Below, one piece after another: positions 26,581 through 38,967 of a DNA stretch of 64,000 nt. The stretch lies in the NCBI GenBank assembly GCA_043228905.1, contig JBHGNT010000005.1:17112001-17176000 (forward strand), given 5' to 3'. The translations under genes were made by a program, and so were the position numbers. The notes below the pieces were generated by a model. It made no database searches and was not told the origin of the DNA. It saw only the letters and a list, made by a program, of their open reading frames with translations. Each line of letters opens with the position of its first letter. Positions within the stretch are counted from its first letter, which is position 1. The DNA is from Azolla caroliniana. Taxonomy: Eukaryota; Plantae; Polypodiophyta.

Positions 26581-27490
26581 TATCGTGATGTTTTCAACAC
26601 ATAGTGTGAAACCACCACAAAAAAAAGAATAAAGTAGTAGTTGAAATAAACTAATATTGTGAAGTCAACTTTTGTAATAAATGATGAAAAGATAAGAAGG
26701 TAGAAGCGAATTTTCAAAAGTAGAAAAAAATAGAAAAAGTAGAAAAATAAAAATAAAAATAATAACGCAAAAGAAAAACTCAAGGCGTGGAATTGAGGAG
26801 CAAGGTAGAGAAAAAAGCTCCTAATTAGACAAGAAAACATTCATAAGAAAGATAACTCAAAGGGCTTTCCAAAAAAAGCTTGCATGTCTAATTTGGACTT
26901 ACAAAAATAAAATAGTGATAGAAATAAAACGTAACTCATATAGACAAGCTTTTTTTTAGGAGAAAAATAAAGCAAACCATAGTAAACCTATAAATAAGAG
27001 CTTATTTTAAGAAGAAGAATAGATGAGAATTGAATAAGAAAAGATTTATATTTCCTCTCTCATACTCTTATACCCCAAAAGGGGAGATAGAAAAAAAATA
27101 TAAATAAATCATGTATCAAAACAAGTCCATTATATTGATGATTTAGTAATAAAAACTTTCCATATTTCTTCTCTTATGCTCTCTTACTTTAAACATTGTT
27201 TATGTATAAAGATAATTAAGTGTCATTCATACTCCCGTAATCTAAGCTTTTCTTACTTATTAGCATTATTAAGTATTATTCAATCTCACATAATCTCCTA
27301 CTCGAGGACTTGCTTATGCATAAATGTAATTAACTATTATTCGATTTCTCATACTATCTTACTCTTATTTGAGGGAAATATCTTGTCTTAAAACTTAAAG
27401 TGCATAAATCATTCAGCCCTAAATCCTTCTAGTCCAGAACCCCAGCGGTTCCACCTCACGATCCGCACTAGTTGGCGGATTTTCATGACA
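26581..27490 (+). mobile_element. Solo LTR (~910 bp) of the TGTCG...CGACA clade in the Gypsy-W gag
   Basis: T(A)TCGTG...CATGACA; termini similar to the Gypsy-W LTR and to 17936-19312; right flank ACGT, left flank ATGA (degenerate); gag resumes after it. Confidence 0.75.
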
Positions 27491-30400
27491 ACGTTGCCAT
27501 CGATAGGATTGTGGATGCCAATGGATGCTTTGACGGTAAAGACGTCACACAATACCTTGAAGCTTACAAACTAGAAATGTGGAAAAAGGGTATTTCTATG
27601 GCAAGACAAGTGGCAAGCTTCTCAAGGATTGTAACTTCACGTCTTTAATCCTGGGTCCCAGAGCTACAAGAGGCCAATGCTGAATGGTCATCTTTCGAAC
27701 GAAGTTTACTTGAAGAATATGGATTTGGTCACTCATCTCGAATGACGAAGAAGGATTTAATGGACTGGGTGGAATCTACTAACAAAGAGTTGAGTGCAAG
27801 TGCGACGCTCCACGAATTCAAGCAAAGATTTGATTGTCTGCCAGCACTAGACAAAACAATTCTCGATTCTATCTAGCAAGGTGCTCCTATTTATCAAATC
27901 AGTAGATGTGAAAGATCGAAGAGATCTTGGACTACTACTACAAAACGATGAAGGCCTCATTTCTAATTGGGCAGTAGTGAAGAGGGCATATGGACGTTTT
28001 GATAAGCATCGACAATGGGACAACGAGATAAGATCGAGTGTTGTAGCTCAGATCGGCCGACAAACTCATAACGCAAGACAAGAACCACAAGCCCAAAGAC
28101 TGAGGGATGACAAAGTGGCTCAGCCCACAGATGGAGCCACAATGGATGAACTTGTAGACATGCTTCAAGAGATGACAATCTCTCAAAGTAGAAAGGAAGA
28201 AACTCAAAGTTTTCCGGGTCACATGTGTATTTGGTATGACTCTTTGGAACACTAGCGGAGAGATTGCTCAGAATTTCAAAATGCCCTCCGACGAGATATC
28301 ATTTATCTCTCCAACAATCGGATTCACTCATCAGTGACGCAACGTCCTCTCAACACCAACTTCGTCCGAGGAGGTATGAAGAAGTTGATGGAGGAAATGG
28401 AAGAAAACAAAGTGAATAGTGTTTACTATTCCTCATTTGCCGGAACTCGAGCTGGACACGAGACGAGAGCCCAACAGTCTCAAGCAAGAGAATTTTGGCC
28501 GATCAATTGAATCAAGTCGGAAAAGGGAAGCTCTGCATGAATGCGGCATTCAAAGCAGAACGAAGAGTCCAAGCAATGATGGGATGGGAGGACCCTATAG
28601 AAGAGAAGTCTAGCTTCATTGAGGCCATGTGTCAAAACTACGACGTCCTAGTTGAAGAGAAACGAAAAAGACCAAATGACCAATCAAGCTCTTGAAAGAA
28701 ACATGACACAAGGGAAGCTGTTCGAAGAAGGGAGGAGTCATCACCGCCCCAAACAATAACTGAAAGAGGGAAGGAAAGAATCGAATCGGTGTTCAAACTA
28801 CGGTCGGAGATAGAGCAATCCACTGACCTTAAGTGTGTGATGGAAGAAAGGAACTTGGATACCCGAATTGAGTTCACACTACGGGAGCTCTTAGGAATTG
28901 CAAAGAAAGAATTTCATGATGTCATCATTGACTTAATAAAAAGGAAGAGACTGATGACAACTAAAGAAGGAACCAAACCGACAAATGTCCCGACGAGCGC
29001 TATCACAATGGAAGGTCTCGAAATTGAACAAAAATTTGTGGATAGCCATTTCGCAAGGCCACAATGGGCTAGGGCCACTACCGAGACACCACTGTGGATA
29101 GGAGACTTGAAAGATCCAGTGGTGGCGCTCATTGATCATGGCTCGAAAATCAACCTCATGTCTCTTGACTTCTATCGGAAAGGTCGTTGGCCCATTAATA
29201 CTAGGCATGGGTGGAAGATTCGAGTGGCAACCAGGGCGATGGAAGAGCTTCATGGGGCCGGCCCTAACGTTAAGGTAACTATTGGCGATGTTGACCATGA
29301 TCAACACTTTTTTGTGCAGGAATCGGTGTCAAATTCTAAATCAGAGAAGGACGAGTCTTTAGATCAAGATGGATGTCGAAGATTTGTTTCAAACCATATT
29401 GAAGATTGTGGAAGAGTGCCGGAAAGACTAGAAGGTGCAGGGCTCACATTCTCCGGAGAAAAATCAGCATTTGGCCAATGTGAGATCCTAGTAGTGGGAC
29501 ATCTTTGTGGGCCATATAGACGGAAACCCTCTCCCAAGAAGGTGAATGCTATTCAAGAGATGCAAGAGGAATGTGGAACGTAGACATAGGTCCGAAGATT
29601 CTTAGGAGCATGTGTGTTCTACCACATTTGGATTCCACACTATGCTCATGTGGCTGAACCCTTGTATAGCTTACTAAAAAAAGGGAGAAAATTCAAATGG
29701 GAACTAGTACACACAGAGGTGATGAAGAGGTTAAAAGGGCTATTGGTGGCAACACCAACTTTAAGGAAAGCCGTCTACAAAGAAGGGATTCCAATCTACA
29801 TCACCGTAGATACAAGTCCAATGGGGATTGGATGGGTCATCAGCCAAGAAGGAGAAGATAGCACACGGTACACCATCCGGTTCGGAGCAAAGGTCCTTAG
29901 CGAACGACAACGAGGATATGCCCAAGTAAAGCGGGAACTCTAGGGTATCATGTCTGCAGTGAAGGTAGACAAGGACTACTTGATCGGGTTGTAGGTGGTA
30001 ATTGAAAAAGATTGCCTCCAAATCCTTGGGATGATCTCTGGATGTGCGACACCAGATCTAGCTATGCTAAGGTGGATCACTTATATCAAGTCTTTGAACC
30101 CAGAGTTCCGCCACATTGCTGGGAAGAACAATGTCATGGCCGACATGCTGTCAAGAGAAAGATTCGAAGATGAAAGTGACATGGTTTCAGAAGATGAAGA
30201 CGTCGCCCTTGATCTCTTCAAGGCAGCCCAACTATCAGCAGAAGACAGAGGTACACCAACCCTCCACATGCTCAACGAGAACGAGTATGAAGGGGAGTGA
30301 TTACTAATCGGAAAATTCTTGAGAACAATGATGGCGGATGCTTCATGGACGAAGGAGGAGGCTCTACAAATATGGAAGAAAGCTTACCAATACTTTCTGA

Positions 30401-30621
30401 AGGGAGGATTCCTTTGGCGGCACCCAAAGAGAAGGACAGGGATGCCATGACAAGTAGTGGAGAAGAAAGAGAACCAAACAACGTTGATGTCTGAATTCCA
30501 CGAGATTCCATGGGCAGGTCATAGAGGAATATGGGCAACGTTTGAAAAGCTAAAGGAGAAGTACTGGTGGTCGAGCATGTATAAAGATGTACTACATTTC
30601 ATGTCCACATGCGAAAGCTTC

Positions 30622-30903
30622 CAAGTACATTCGAACATACGTCATTGACTGTGATGAGTTGCAGCCAACATACCTATAAAGAATCAAGAAATGGATTCTG
30701 TGCAGCGGAATAGATAGGAATTGTGTGTGTGTATGAGAGAGAGAGAGAGAGAGTGAGAGAGACAAGTACATTCGAACATACGTCACTGACTGTGATGAGT
30801 TGCAGCCAACATACCTGTAAAGAATCAAGAAATGGATTCTGTGCAGCGGAATAGATATGAATTGTGTGTGTATGAGAGAGAGAGTGTGTGTGAGAGAGAC
30901 AAG
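30622..30903. repeat. 141-bp tandem duplication spanning the integrase/solo-LTR junction
   Basis: 30622-30762 is similar to 30763-30903, with CAAG microhomology at the ends. Confidence 0.88.
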
Positions 30904-31204
30904 GAGTAAGACACAGAGAATACGCAAGATTAAGTATATTAACAAAGGAGAAAGACTCAACATTATACAAGGTGGGAGGAGGGTACTTTATATAGTCACC
31001 CTCTCTCTTCATTAACTACAAGACTCATGGAGCATGGGGAATGTGAAAGCTCATAAGTTATGTGTCATAGAATATGATTCTATGACTCATACTAAATGCT
31101 AGAATACAAATTGGTGACATAATGGTGACTCTTGACCGTTGGAGTGTCTATTCACTCTCAAGGTGAGTTCACACACTAGACCAAGTTGAGCTTGATTCTC
31201 AACA
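30816..31204. mobile_element. Solo LTR (389 bp) in the Gypsy-W integrase
   Basis: TGTAAAGAATCAAG...CTTGATTCTCAACA inverted ends; TSD ATACC; integrase resumes (PTYP|LTIHFKWMVDL). Confidence 0.85.
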
Positions 31205-32316
31205 ATACCCACTCACCATACACTTTAAATGGATGGTGGATCTGGTCTCGATGCCAATGGGAGTGGGATAGATGAAGTACTTGTACTAGCGAGGGAAGAC
31301 CTAACAAATCAGGTAGAAGGACAAGCCTTATCAAATAAAATGACGATAACCATATGCAAATTTTTGCTCGAAGAGGTCATCTGCTGATACGGATGTGTGG
31401 GAAAGATAGTGGCCGACCAAGGGGAGTTAGATGCGCACAAAGCAATGGATCTCTTTGAGAAACTAGGCGTAAAGCTCTCCTTCACAACTGCCTATAATCC
31501 AGAAACAAATGGGAAGATTGAGCGAGGGCATGGGCTGATAATCAAAGCCATCATACGAGCATACAATGGTCAAGTTGGGAATTGGCCACGATTATTTCCC
31601 TATGCATTGTGGGCCGATAGAACTTCACACAGTTCTGTGACAAGCTATATGCCAACAGAGCTCATGTATGGACAGAAACCAGTAATGCCCATTGAGAGGA
31701 CGATCGTCTCATGGGTAGCAATACCATGGGAGAACGAGATGAGCCAGGAAGAATTATTGGCGGCACGGATAAGGCAGCTCAAAAGAAGTCCCAAAGATCT
31801 AGAGAACGCACGAAAGATAATGGAGACAAGCCGAGAGAAGAATACCGACTGCGTCCCAAGAAGATCGAAGAATAAGATGGGGTATTGGTCTACGACAACA
31901 GCCTTGACAACCAACACATGACAACAAGGACGTTCACAAGAAGGTGGTTCAGACCGTATGTGGTGATGAGTGCCAATGACAATGCCACCTACCACCTCGC
32001 GGAGCTTAGACGGATAAAGGCTGGCCATACCCATTGCGGGAAAAAGAGTAAAGATATTCAAGAAAAGACAAGATGAGGGTCCTAACCTCAATGACTTCAG
32101 CAATGAAGATAGTACAATGGGACCCACAAACGTGAACAAGGTCAATGAGGAAGTGGAAGAAATTGATTAATCACCGTAGCCGAAATCTCACACTCACTTA
32201 TTGGCACATACCGGAGGACGTGTAGTTTGGTGTGGGTGGATGTCGTTAAGATTTTCGGCAACAGTGTGAAAATTGTGTGGAACGAGGAAAATCGAGAAGG
32301 TGCAATGTGCACACGT

Positions 32317-32965
32317 TGTCGTGGAGAAAACCGTCGTGCGAAAACCAACCCTTACACGTGGGCACAAGTTTTGTTGTATAGTACGTAGATAGGTACAAGT
32401 CGACTGAGGTGAAATCCTAGGTAACATGCATTCAGTAGGGAGAAAATCGAGGCGTGTCCCTGTCCGAAAGGACAGGGAATAAACATGATGTAACGGGTGG
32501 TAACGGCCTCCCTCGTTGGGCTATAAAAGAGAGGGAGAGGTATCGAAAAAGATATCGCGTTTGTGGAGGACGAAGTGCTGCCGGACTGGAACCGAGCGCT
32601 TCCCCTCTCCTCTATCGACTCCATAATCGTTCTATGCAGGTTTCGGGAGGTTGACTTTGCTCCGCGGGACGCCCGAGTGCTCCCAGAGCCTCCACCTCGC
32701 GTTTTGTGTGTGTGCACTTGCAAGCGTCGAAGCCCATCACTCGCCGGCTTGCCGATTGTAATACCTTGATTTATATATACACAAACATTCGTTCTGTCTC
32801 CATCTCACGTTCTGTAGCTAGTTGCCATTCCTGTGGTTCTGCTGGGTCTGTGCGCGTGTGAATTACATCGTTAGTTTCCTTCCCCTCCCCTCATTCGGTT
32901 ATTTCTCAGTCCGAGGCCCCGATGGTTCCGCCTCGTTCTCCACGCACGCGCGTAACAATGCGACA
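32317..32965. mobile_element. Solo LTR (649 bp) of a TGTCG...CGACA family inside the Gypsy-W 3' LTR
   Basis: TGTCGTGG...TGCGACA; perfect 4-bp TSD ACGT (32313-32316, 32966-32969); absent from the 5' LTR. Confidence 0.9.
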
Positions 32966-34457
32966 ACGTATGAAAGCAGTGATGGTTACACATGTATGTT
33001 AGCACGTTAATGTGCACGTGTGATGTATGTTTAAGTGTTCATTACACAAGAACATATAAAAATAAGCCTAGGGCCTAGTGGCATACAATGAGGTGCAAGT
33101 AAGGTTTTGAACCTTATATCTCGAGGATAGGAGGCAATTGACATACCATTAGGCTAGATTATTTTCTTTAAAATTTATTTCTTCATCGTACTTTTCACAT
33201 GTAACGGCTTGTACATGAGACCTTGAATGAGGAACATGGTCATCATGCATCACATGTTATGCATGAGTGCCAAATTGCAATCATGCATCGCATGCATTTC
33301 ATGCATTGTATGCATGTCTTACACCCTCCATGCATCATATGCATGGGGGCATCTATATAAGAAGGAAAGGAAGAGAAAGGAAATCAAGCAATGTATAAAA
33401 TCAATAGCATAATAATAGTTGTCTCATTAGTAATGTGTCTTGTCTCACAATTTTGAAGTCAAAGGTTCAAACTGGGAATTGGAATTCCCGTTCGTATCTA
33501 TCTATCTACCATCTATCTTTAATACTTTCTCGCTTGCACTAGTCCTTCCGGTCTAGAACACTGACGGTTCCACTTCATTGTCTTAAACGATCCTCCATCA
33601 CCACTTGCGGATAGAGGTTGGTGCTTGTCTGCACATATCGCGTCGTTTGGCACATGTGTCACGTGCTTCACGACATCTTTGTGTCAACCCACACAAGCGT
33701 CTTTGACAACAAGAACGACCCGATTTTAAACATAAATGACATTCGATTCCTTACAAGCACAAGTCACCTGATTCATCCTCTTTGGTCAAAGACCCCGGTG
33801 GTCCCGTTCGACCGACCCACAGGCGCGGATTTCCGCGACAACGTGGTATATGAAACTTATTTTTGATTGTACGAAAGGCCATCAATTTTCCTACTTGACT
33901 CTGAGATGACATCTTCCATAGTTGCCAAGCCCAGCCTTGTCATTCGATTGAACTATGAATTTAACCTTTCTTTTCCATCCCAATGCAATATCCTTCAAGC
34001 TACGAACACCTCTGCTGCCAAAGAATTAATATCTTTTCTACACTCAAGGGGTCTCTCCAATTAAACCATTTCAAACATCATTGTTAAGAAAGCACTAATT
34101 AAGCAATTTCAAACATCGATGCCAAGAACGCAATAATTGTTGAACCATAATATATTCTGAACATTTAAATGAACAATTAATATTAACCAATTATTTCTAC
34201 CCAAAGTTGGGTACCTATGCACATACGTTTTAAAAGATTGAATCTTTGAGCCACCATATGATCTCTCTCTCTCTCTGTCTCTCTCTCCAAGTTTATTTTA
34301 GCCATTACTTTACTATTCGAGGTTCGACTTTGACAAGATATGGCTTGAATAGAAGCTCACAACAAGATCTATGATATGATCTAAGAAGATTAGTTCTGTA
34401 ATCAAAATAAAGCTAACGAGTTTCAAAGGTATTCTTTTCGTAGGGTTTGGTCCTACA

Positions 34458-35174
34458 ATGGTAAACACTCGTAAGGCGGCCACAAAGTCTAGGAGTATGA
34501 TCGATAATGAGCCAAGATCACAAATGATTCTTGATGCCAATGCAATAAACTCAACCACAATGGACAAAATGATTACGAGTCACTTGATTTCTCTTCAAGA
34601 AACCATAAACAAACAAGGTGAAGATATTAGGACACCAATGAAAGAGAATTCTAAGCTCCAAATTGTTGTCATTGAGAATGAAATTCTTAAGAAAATGGTT
34701 GTAAAACTTGAAGATGAGATTCAAGAATGTAAGAGAGCTTCTTTTGAAATAAAAGAGCGTCTTAACAAGATTGAGTTAAAGGAAGCATTAAAAGAAGAAA
34801 AATTGGACATGGTGAGGCAAAATGTAAGTGAGATGAAAAATGTTTGCACAACAAAGTCATGGGCTGATGTATGTGGTGGGTATGTGGTATCCAACTCATC
34901 CATTATTCATGTGACGAATCGAGAGAAGAATATAGAAAGCATAGATGTCCGAGAATTGAAAGAACATAAACGACGATCAAGGAACATTGTCATCCGTGGG
35001 ATTAAAGAGGAGAGTATGGAAACACCCGCGTCCCTTAGAAAGGCCATCAGTGAATTCTTTAGCATTCATTACGGTACGTTGGATGTGAATGTATATGGGG
35101 CACACCAAGTTGGGAAACATGGTATTACTCGCTCTAGAGAAATGCCCATCGTAAAGCATATAAAGAAAAATTGA
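34458..35174 (+). pseudogene. LINE ORF1 remnant (coiled coil plus RRM-like)
   Basis: Heptad-rich region then ELKEHKRRSRNIVIRGIKEES..FFSIHY..VYGAHQVG, homologous to the ORF1 remnant at 14180. Confidence 0.75.
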
Positions 35175-35745
35175 AAAATAAGGTTAAGGATGTGCCTAAA
35201 GACGGAAATGTAGATAAATAGGGACATGTCACTTTTGAGACTAACCCACGTCTTCTATGACTATGCTTTTGGAATTGCAATGGATACCTATGGAATGCGG
35301 GATTTGGCATAAAGGAATTCACCAATGACTCGGATATCACACTTCTTGTTGAAACATGGGGGCATGATACTCAAAGGATTCAAGGTTTAGGAAACTATAA
35401 TGTACACTCTTTGATATGGGAGAAAAATCCAAGGCAAAGAAGAGGACAAGGAGGGGTGACATGTTTGATTAAGAAGGAAATAAAGAAATATATGTCAACC
35501 ATAAAAAATGATGAACATAAATGCTACATATGGCTCAAAATAGAAACACCTAATTATTTTCCCGCTTTTGTAGTTGGATGTTACATTCCTCATCAAGATT
35601 CTAACTTTTATGCTTGTTAAGATAAAGATCAACCTTTTACCAATCTAAAAGATGATATTGCTTATTTCAAATCCAATGGGGAAGTTATTGTCTTTAGTGA
35701 CATGAATGCATGTACAAGATGTTTCCAACTTGATGCACAAGAATA

Positions 35746-38261
35746 TGTTGTGTAGAAGAGGTCCCTCCTGATGGGAGGAGATCCTATCCGACTAGGAATC
35801 GGATGGATGTTGGTCAGTCCGGCTATGAGTTGGACAAGTATAAGAGCCGGCTCAGTTAGGAGCCAACTTGACCAATCCGACCAGAGGCAAGCCGGTTGAA
35901 GCCGATTCATGGCTATATTTGTAAATACCTATATATATAGTAGGGCAAAAGAGCAGTATTAGAGTTGTATGATTTGAGAGACAATAAGAGAGTGTGTATA
36001 TTATTCTACCCCTTGTTCTCTCTCTGTATATCTATTGATTGAGATGAATATCAGACCAAGGTTGTGGCCTTTAGCATTGTACACACTCTCATATAGTGAT
36101 TCTGTTTGGAGTTTGTGGCCTTCCATGGTTTTTCCCATTTAGGATTTCCACGTTAAAAACTCAGTGTCTCTATTTTGCTATTTTTTATTTGTATTTCTTG
36201 TTGCTTTTCTTTTTTGCTTATTAGTCAGTTGTGGCCAGCTCCATATTCACGACAAACTAGTATCAGAGCGAAGTTCATAATATCCCCAAAGTAGTAAAAT
36301 ATGGATGAATCCCTTGGAGGGATGTTCAAGCTGACCGACCCAAACTATTCAATTTGGAAGTCGAAGATGAGGGATATGTTGGTGTATAAAGACGTGTGGT
36401 TACCAATACAATATGGCAAAGACAAACCAGATAAAATAGATGCATTGGTTTGGGAAGCCATGCATCTAAAGGTAGCTGCATATATACGGTGTTTTATAGA
36501 TATGAGTCTATATAACAACTTCAATGATGAGACAGAAGTTGATGTTCTATGGAAGAAGATAGGGTCTATGTTTGACACAAAGAATGCCCTAAATAGATTT
36601 TCCATCTTTAGGAAAATACTGAGGTTGAGATATCAAGATAGCTCGAGCATGGCGGAGCAGTTGAATGCCTTCAATGGATTTATAAACCAAACCGTCTCAC
36701 TAGGAATACCCCTACCTGATGAGATATTAGCCTTGTTGGTGTTAGGCCCCCTTCCAGATAGTTGGGAGACACTTGTGGTGACCTTGGGTAACTTAGCACC
36801 ACAAGGGAAGTAGTTGACCCTAGACTTGGTAAAGTCGAGCCTGTTGAATGAAGAAGCTCGACGAAAGGACAAAGAGTCCAACTTTGACCACAAGGCCTTA
36901 GTCATGAGGAGGTGGCTCAAATAGAGGAAGGGGCAGACAGAGAAGTCCTCAAAACATGGACAAGTCCAAAACCAAGTCGAAGTCTAGAGGAAGGCTCAAG
37001 TGCTTCTACTGTGGGAAATCGGGGCACTTCCAAAAGAATTGAGGATATTGAGCCAAAAAATATTTCAGACTATAAGAACACCTTAGCCATCGCTGCAAGT
37101 GAAGAGGAGTTGTTGTTCATCAGTGAATAGAGATGTGTAAATCTCGCCAACGATGAATCAACTTGGGTAGTCGATTCAGGTGCATCGTTCCACCTAACAC
37201 CCAAAAGAGAATGCTTCTCATTGTATACAGTCGGTGCCTACAGATATGTGAAGATGGGGAATGACGATGCAAGCAAGATTGTGGGAATCGGAAATGTATG
37301 GTTGTTGACTTCTACAGGTTGTAGAATGTTGCTCAAAGATGTATGCTATGTTCTAGATATCAGACTGAACCTGATATCGGCGGATGACTAGATGACGACG
37401 GTTATTGTGGTAGCTTTCAAAATGGAATTTGGAAATTCTGCAGAGGGAACCTGATAGTGGCTTGGGCCCAAAAGCAAGATACATTATATGTGATGCATGC
37501 ATGGTTGTACCGAATGAGGTAAATGTTGTAGCTGACATAACTAGTGAGTTGTAGCTTAAGAGGCTGGGCCACATGAGCCAAAGGGGAATGTAGATGCTCA
37601 CTGAAAAGAAACTCCTACCAAAGATAAGAAATGTGAATCATGATAAATGTGTAGACTGCTTGGCCAGCAAAGCAAAATAGGGCTACCTTTTGCCCTAGGC
37701 CTCAAATGAGGAGGAAAGCTGCTCTAGAACTTGTACACATCAATGTATGCTATGTAAATGCAAAATCACATGCATGTGGATAGTACTTTGTTACTTTCAT
37801 AGATGATTATAGTCGGAAGTTGTGGGCTTCTATGTTGAAGAAAAAGGACGAGGTGCCACCAGTCTTTAAAGAATTCCAACGCAGAGCTGAAAGGGAATTC
37901 AGACAAAAACTGAAGGTTGTCCGGACCAATAATGGAGGTGAGTATCAAGCTTGGGTAGTTTGAGGAGTACTATTGAAGCCAAGGAATAAGGATTGAGTAC
38001 ATGGTACCAAAAACTCCTGAGCTAAATGGAATAGTCGAGAGAATGAATAGAACGATCACAGAAAAAGTCAGAAGTATGATGTCACATGCCAAGCTCTCAA
38101 AGACCTATTAGTCTGAGGTGTTGATGACAGTTGTTTACATTATAAATAGGTCTCCCTCAGTGCCATTAGATGGTGATGTCCCACAGAGGGTGTGGACAAG
38201 AAAAGATGTGCCATACTGGCATCTTAGGGTGTTCGGATGCTTGGCATATTTGCATGTAGCC
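35746..38261 (+). mobile_element. 5' half of decayed copia 'Copia-3' (LTR, PBS, gag, PR, INT)
   Basis: LTR 35746-36254 (TGTTGTG..CACGACA), PBS TAGTATCAGAGC 36258-36269, gag from 36301, WVVDSGASFH, integrase ends at FGCLAYLHVA. Confidence 0.88.
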
Positions 38262-38914
38262 TTCATCATCTAGCCGACTGGTTGATATCATATTCAATCT
38301 AACATCTAGAACATGTCGTACATCTTTCAATACCAGTCTGCACCTAGTTGATGTCGTCAAGCACACATCTCCTATGCCGACGATTCAGCATGCTCCTTCA
38401 TTTCCCATCTTCACAAAACCGTGATCACTGGTTGTATACAATGAAAAGCATTCTCTGTCAGGGTTTAGGTGGAATGATGTGTTAACTCTTAGGGCCGGAC
38501 AATGGCCTAACACAGGGTGTCTACGGAAGACACTTCACCAAATGGTGTTACAGCAAGAGGATTAGACTCAACGCTTAATCCGACTTAATTAGGTTACTTA
38601 GCAAGATCGTCCTTAATAATCACACGCGTAAGATATAACAATGAATGCAGAACGGAAATTAACACAGAGAGATAAAAACACTAATCTTTATTAATTATCC
38701 GCTCCTCATTACATTGTATCCGGGCCTTTAAATAGGTTTCCGGTCCGTAGTACAAAACGGTGCCATCCGCACCTGTTCGGGATCGGTCCGGATCCGGAAC
38801 GGCATACCGAATCCGGTCCGTCCGTCCACACTAATAGCTTACTTACAACCATTCCTAATAATTAATTAACTCCTTCGTTTCACACTCTAGACTCCTTTGC
38901 CGGCCGGTAACACA

Positions 38915-38931
38915 TGGCACGCCCGTGGGAC
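38915..38931 (-). other. tRNA-Arg 3'-end-like sequence at the PPT position of Gypsy-A
   Basis: Element strand GTCCCACGGGCGTGCCA-TG-|TGTTACC (3' LTR); no purine tract present. Confidence 0.75.
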
Positions 38932-38967
38932 AGTACCTTGTACGTCGAATCCACCATCCGACCCTTG

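Larger units (their letters stand above)
25485..33840 (+). mobile_element. Decayed Ty3/gypsy element with tRNA-Trp PBS ('Gypsy-W')
   Basis: 5' LTR 25485-26429, 3' LTR 32241-33840 (with insert); TSD ACAT/ACGT; PBS TAGTGAACCCCCGACGTGAA 26436-26455; gag (FDGKDVT, CIWYDSLEH), PR (ALIDHGSKINLM), RT mostly deleted, RH (ITVDTSPMGIGW), INT (GHRGIWATF, AYNPETNGKIERGH), GPY/F-like tail. Confidence 0.92.

Noticed and set aside
38915-38931. tRNA gene or tRNA-derived SINE
   Set aside because: Only the last ~17 nt including CCA are present, with no cloverleaf or A/B boxes; treated as a retroelement cis-motif.
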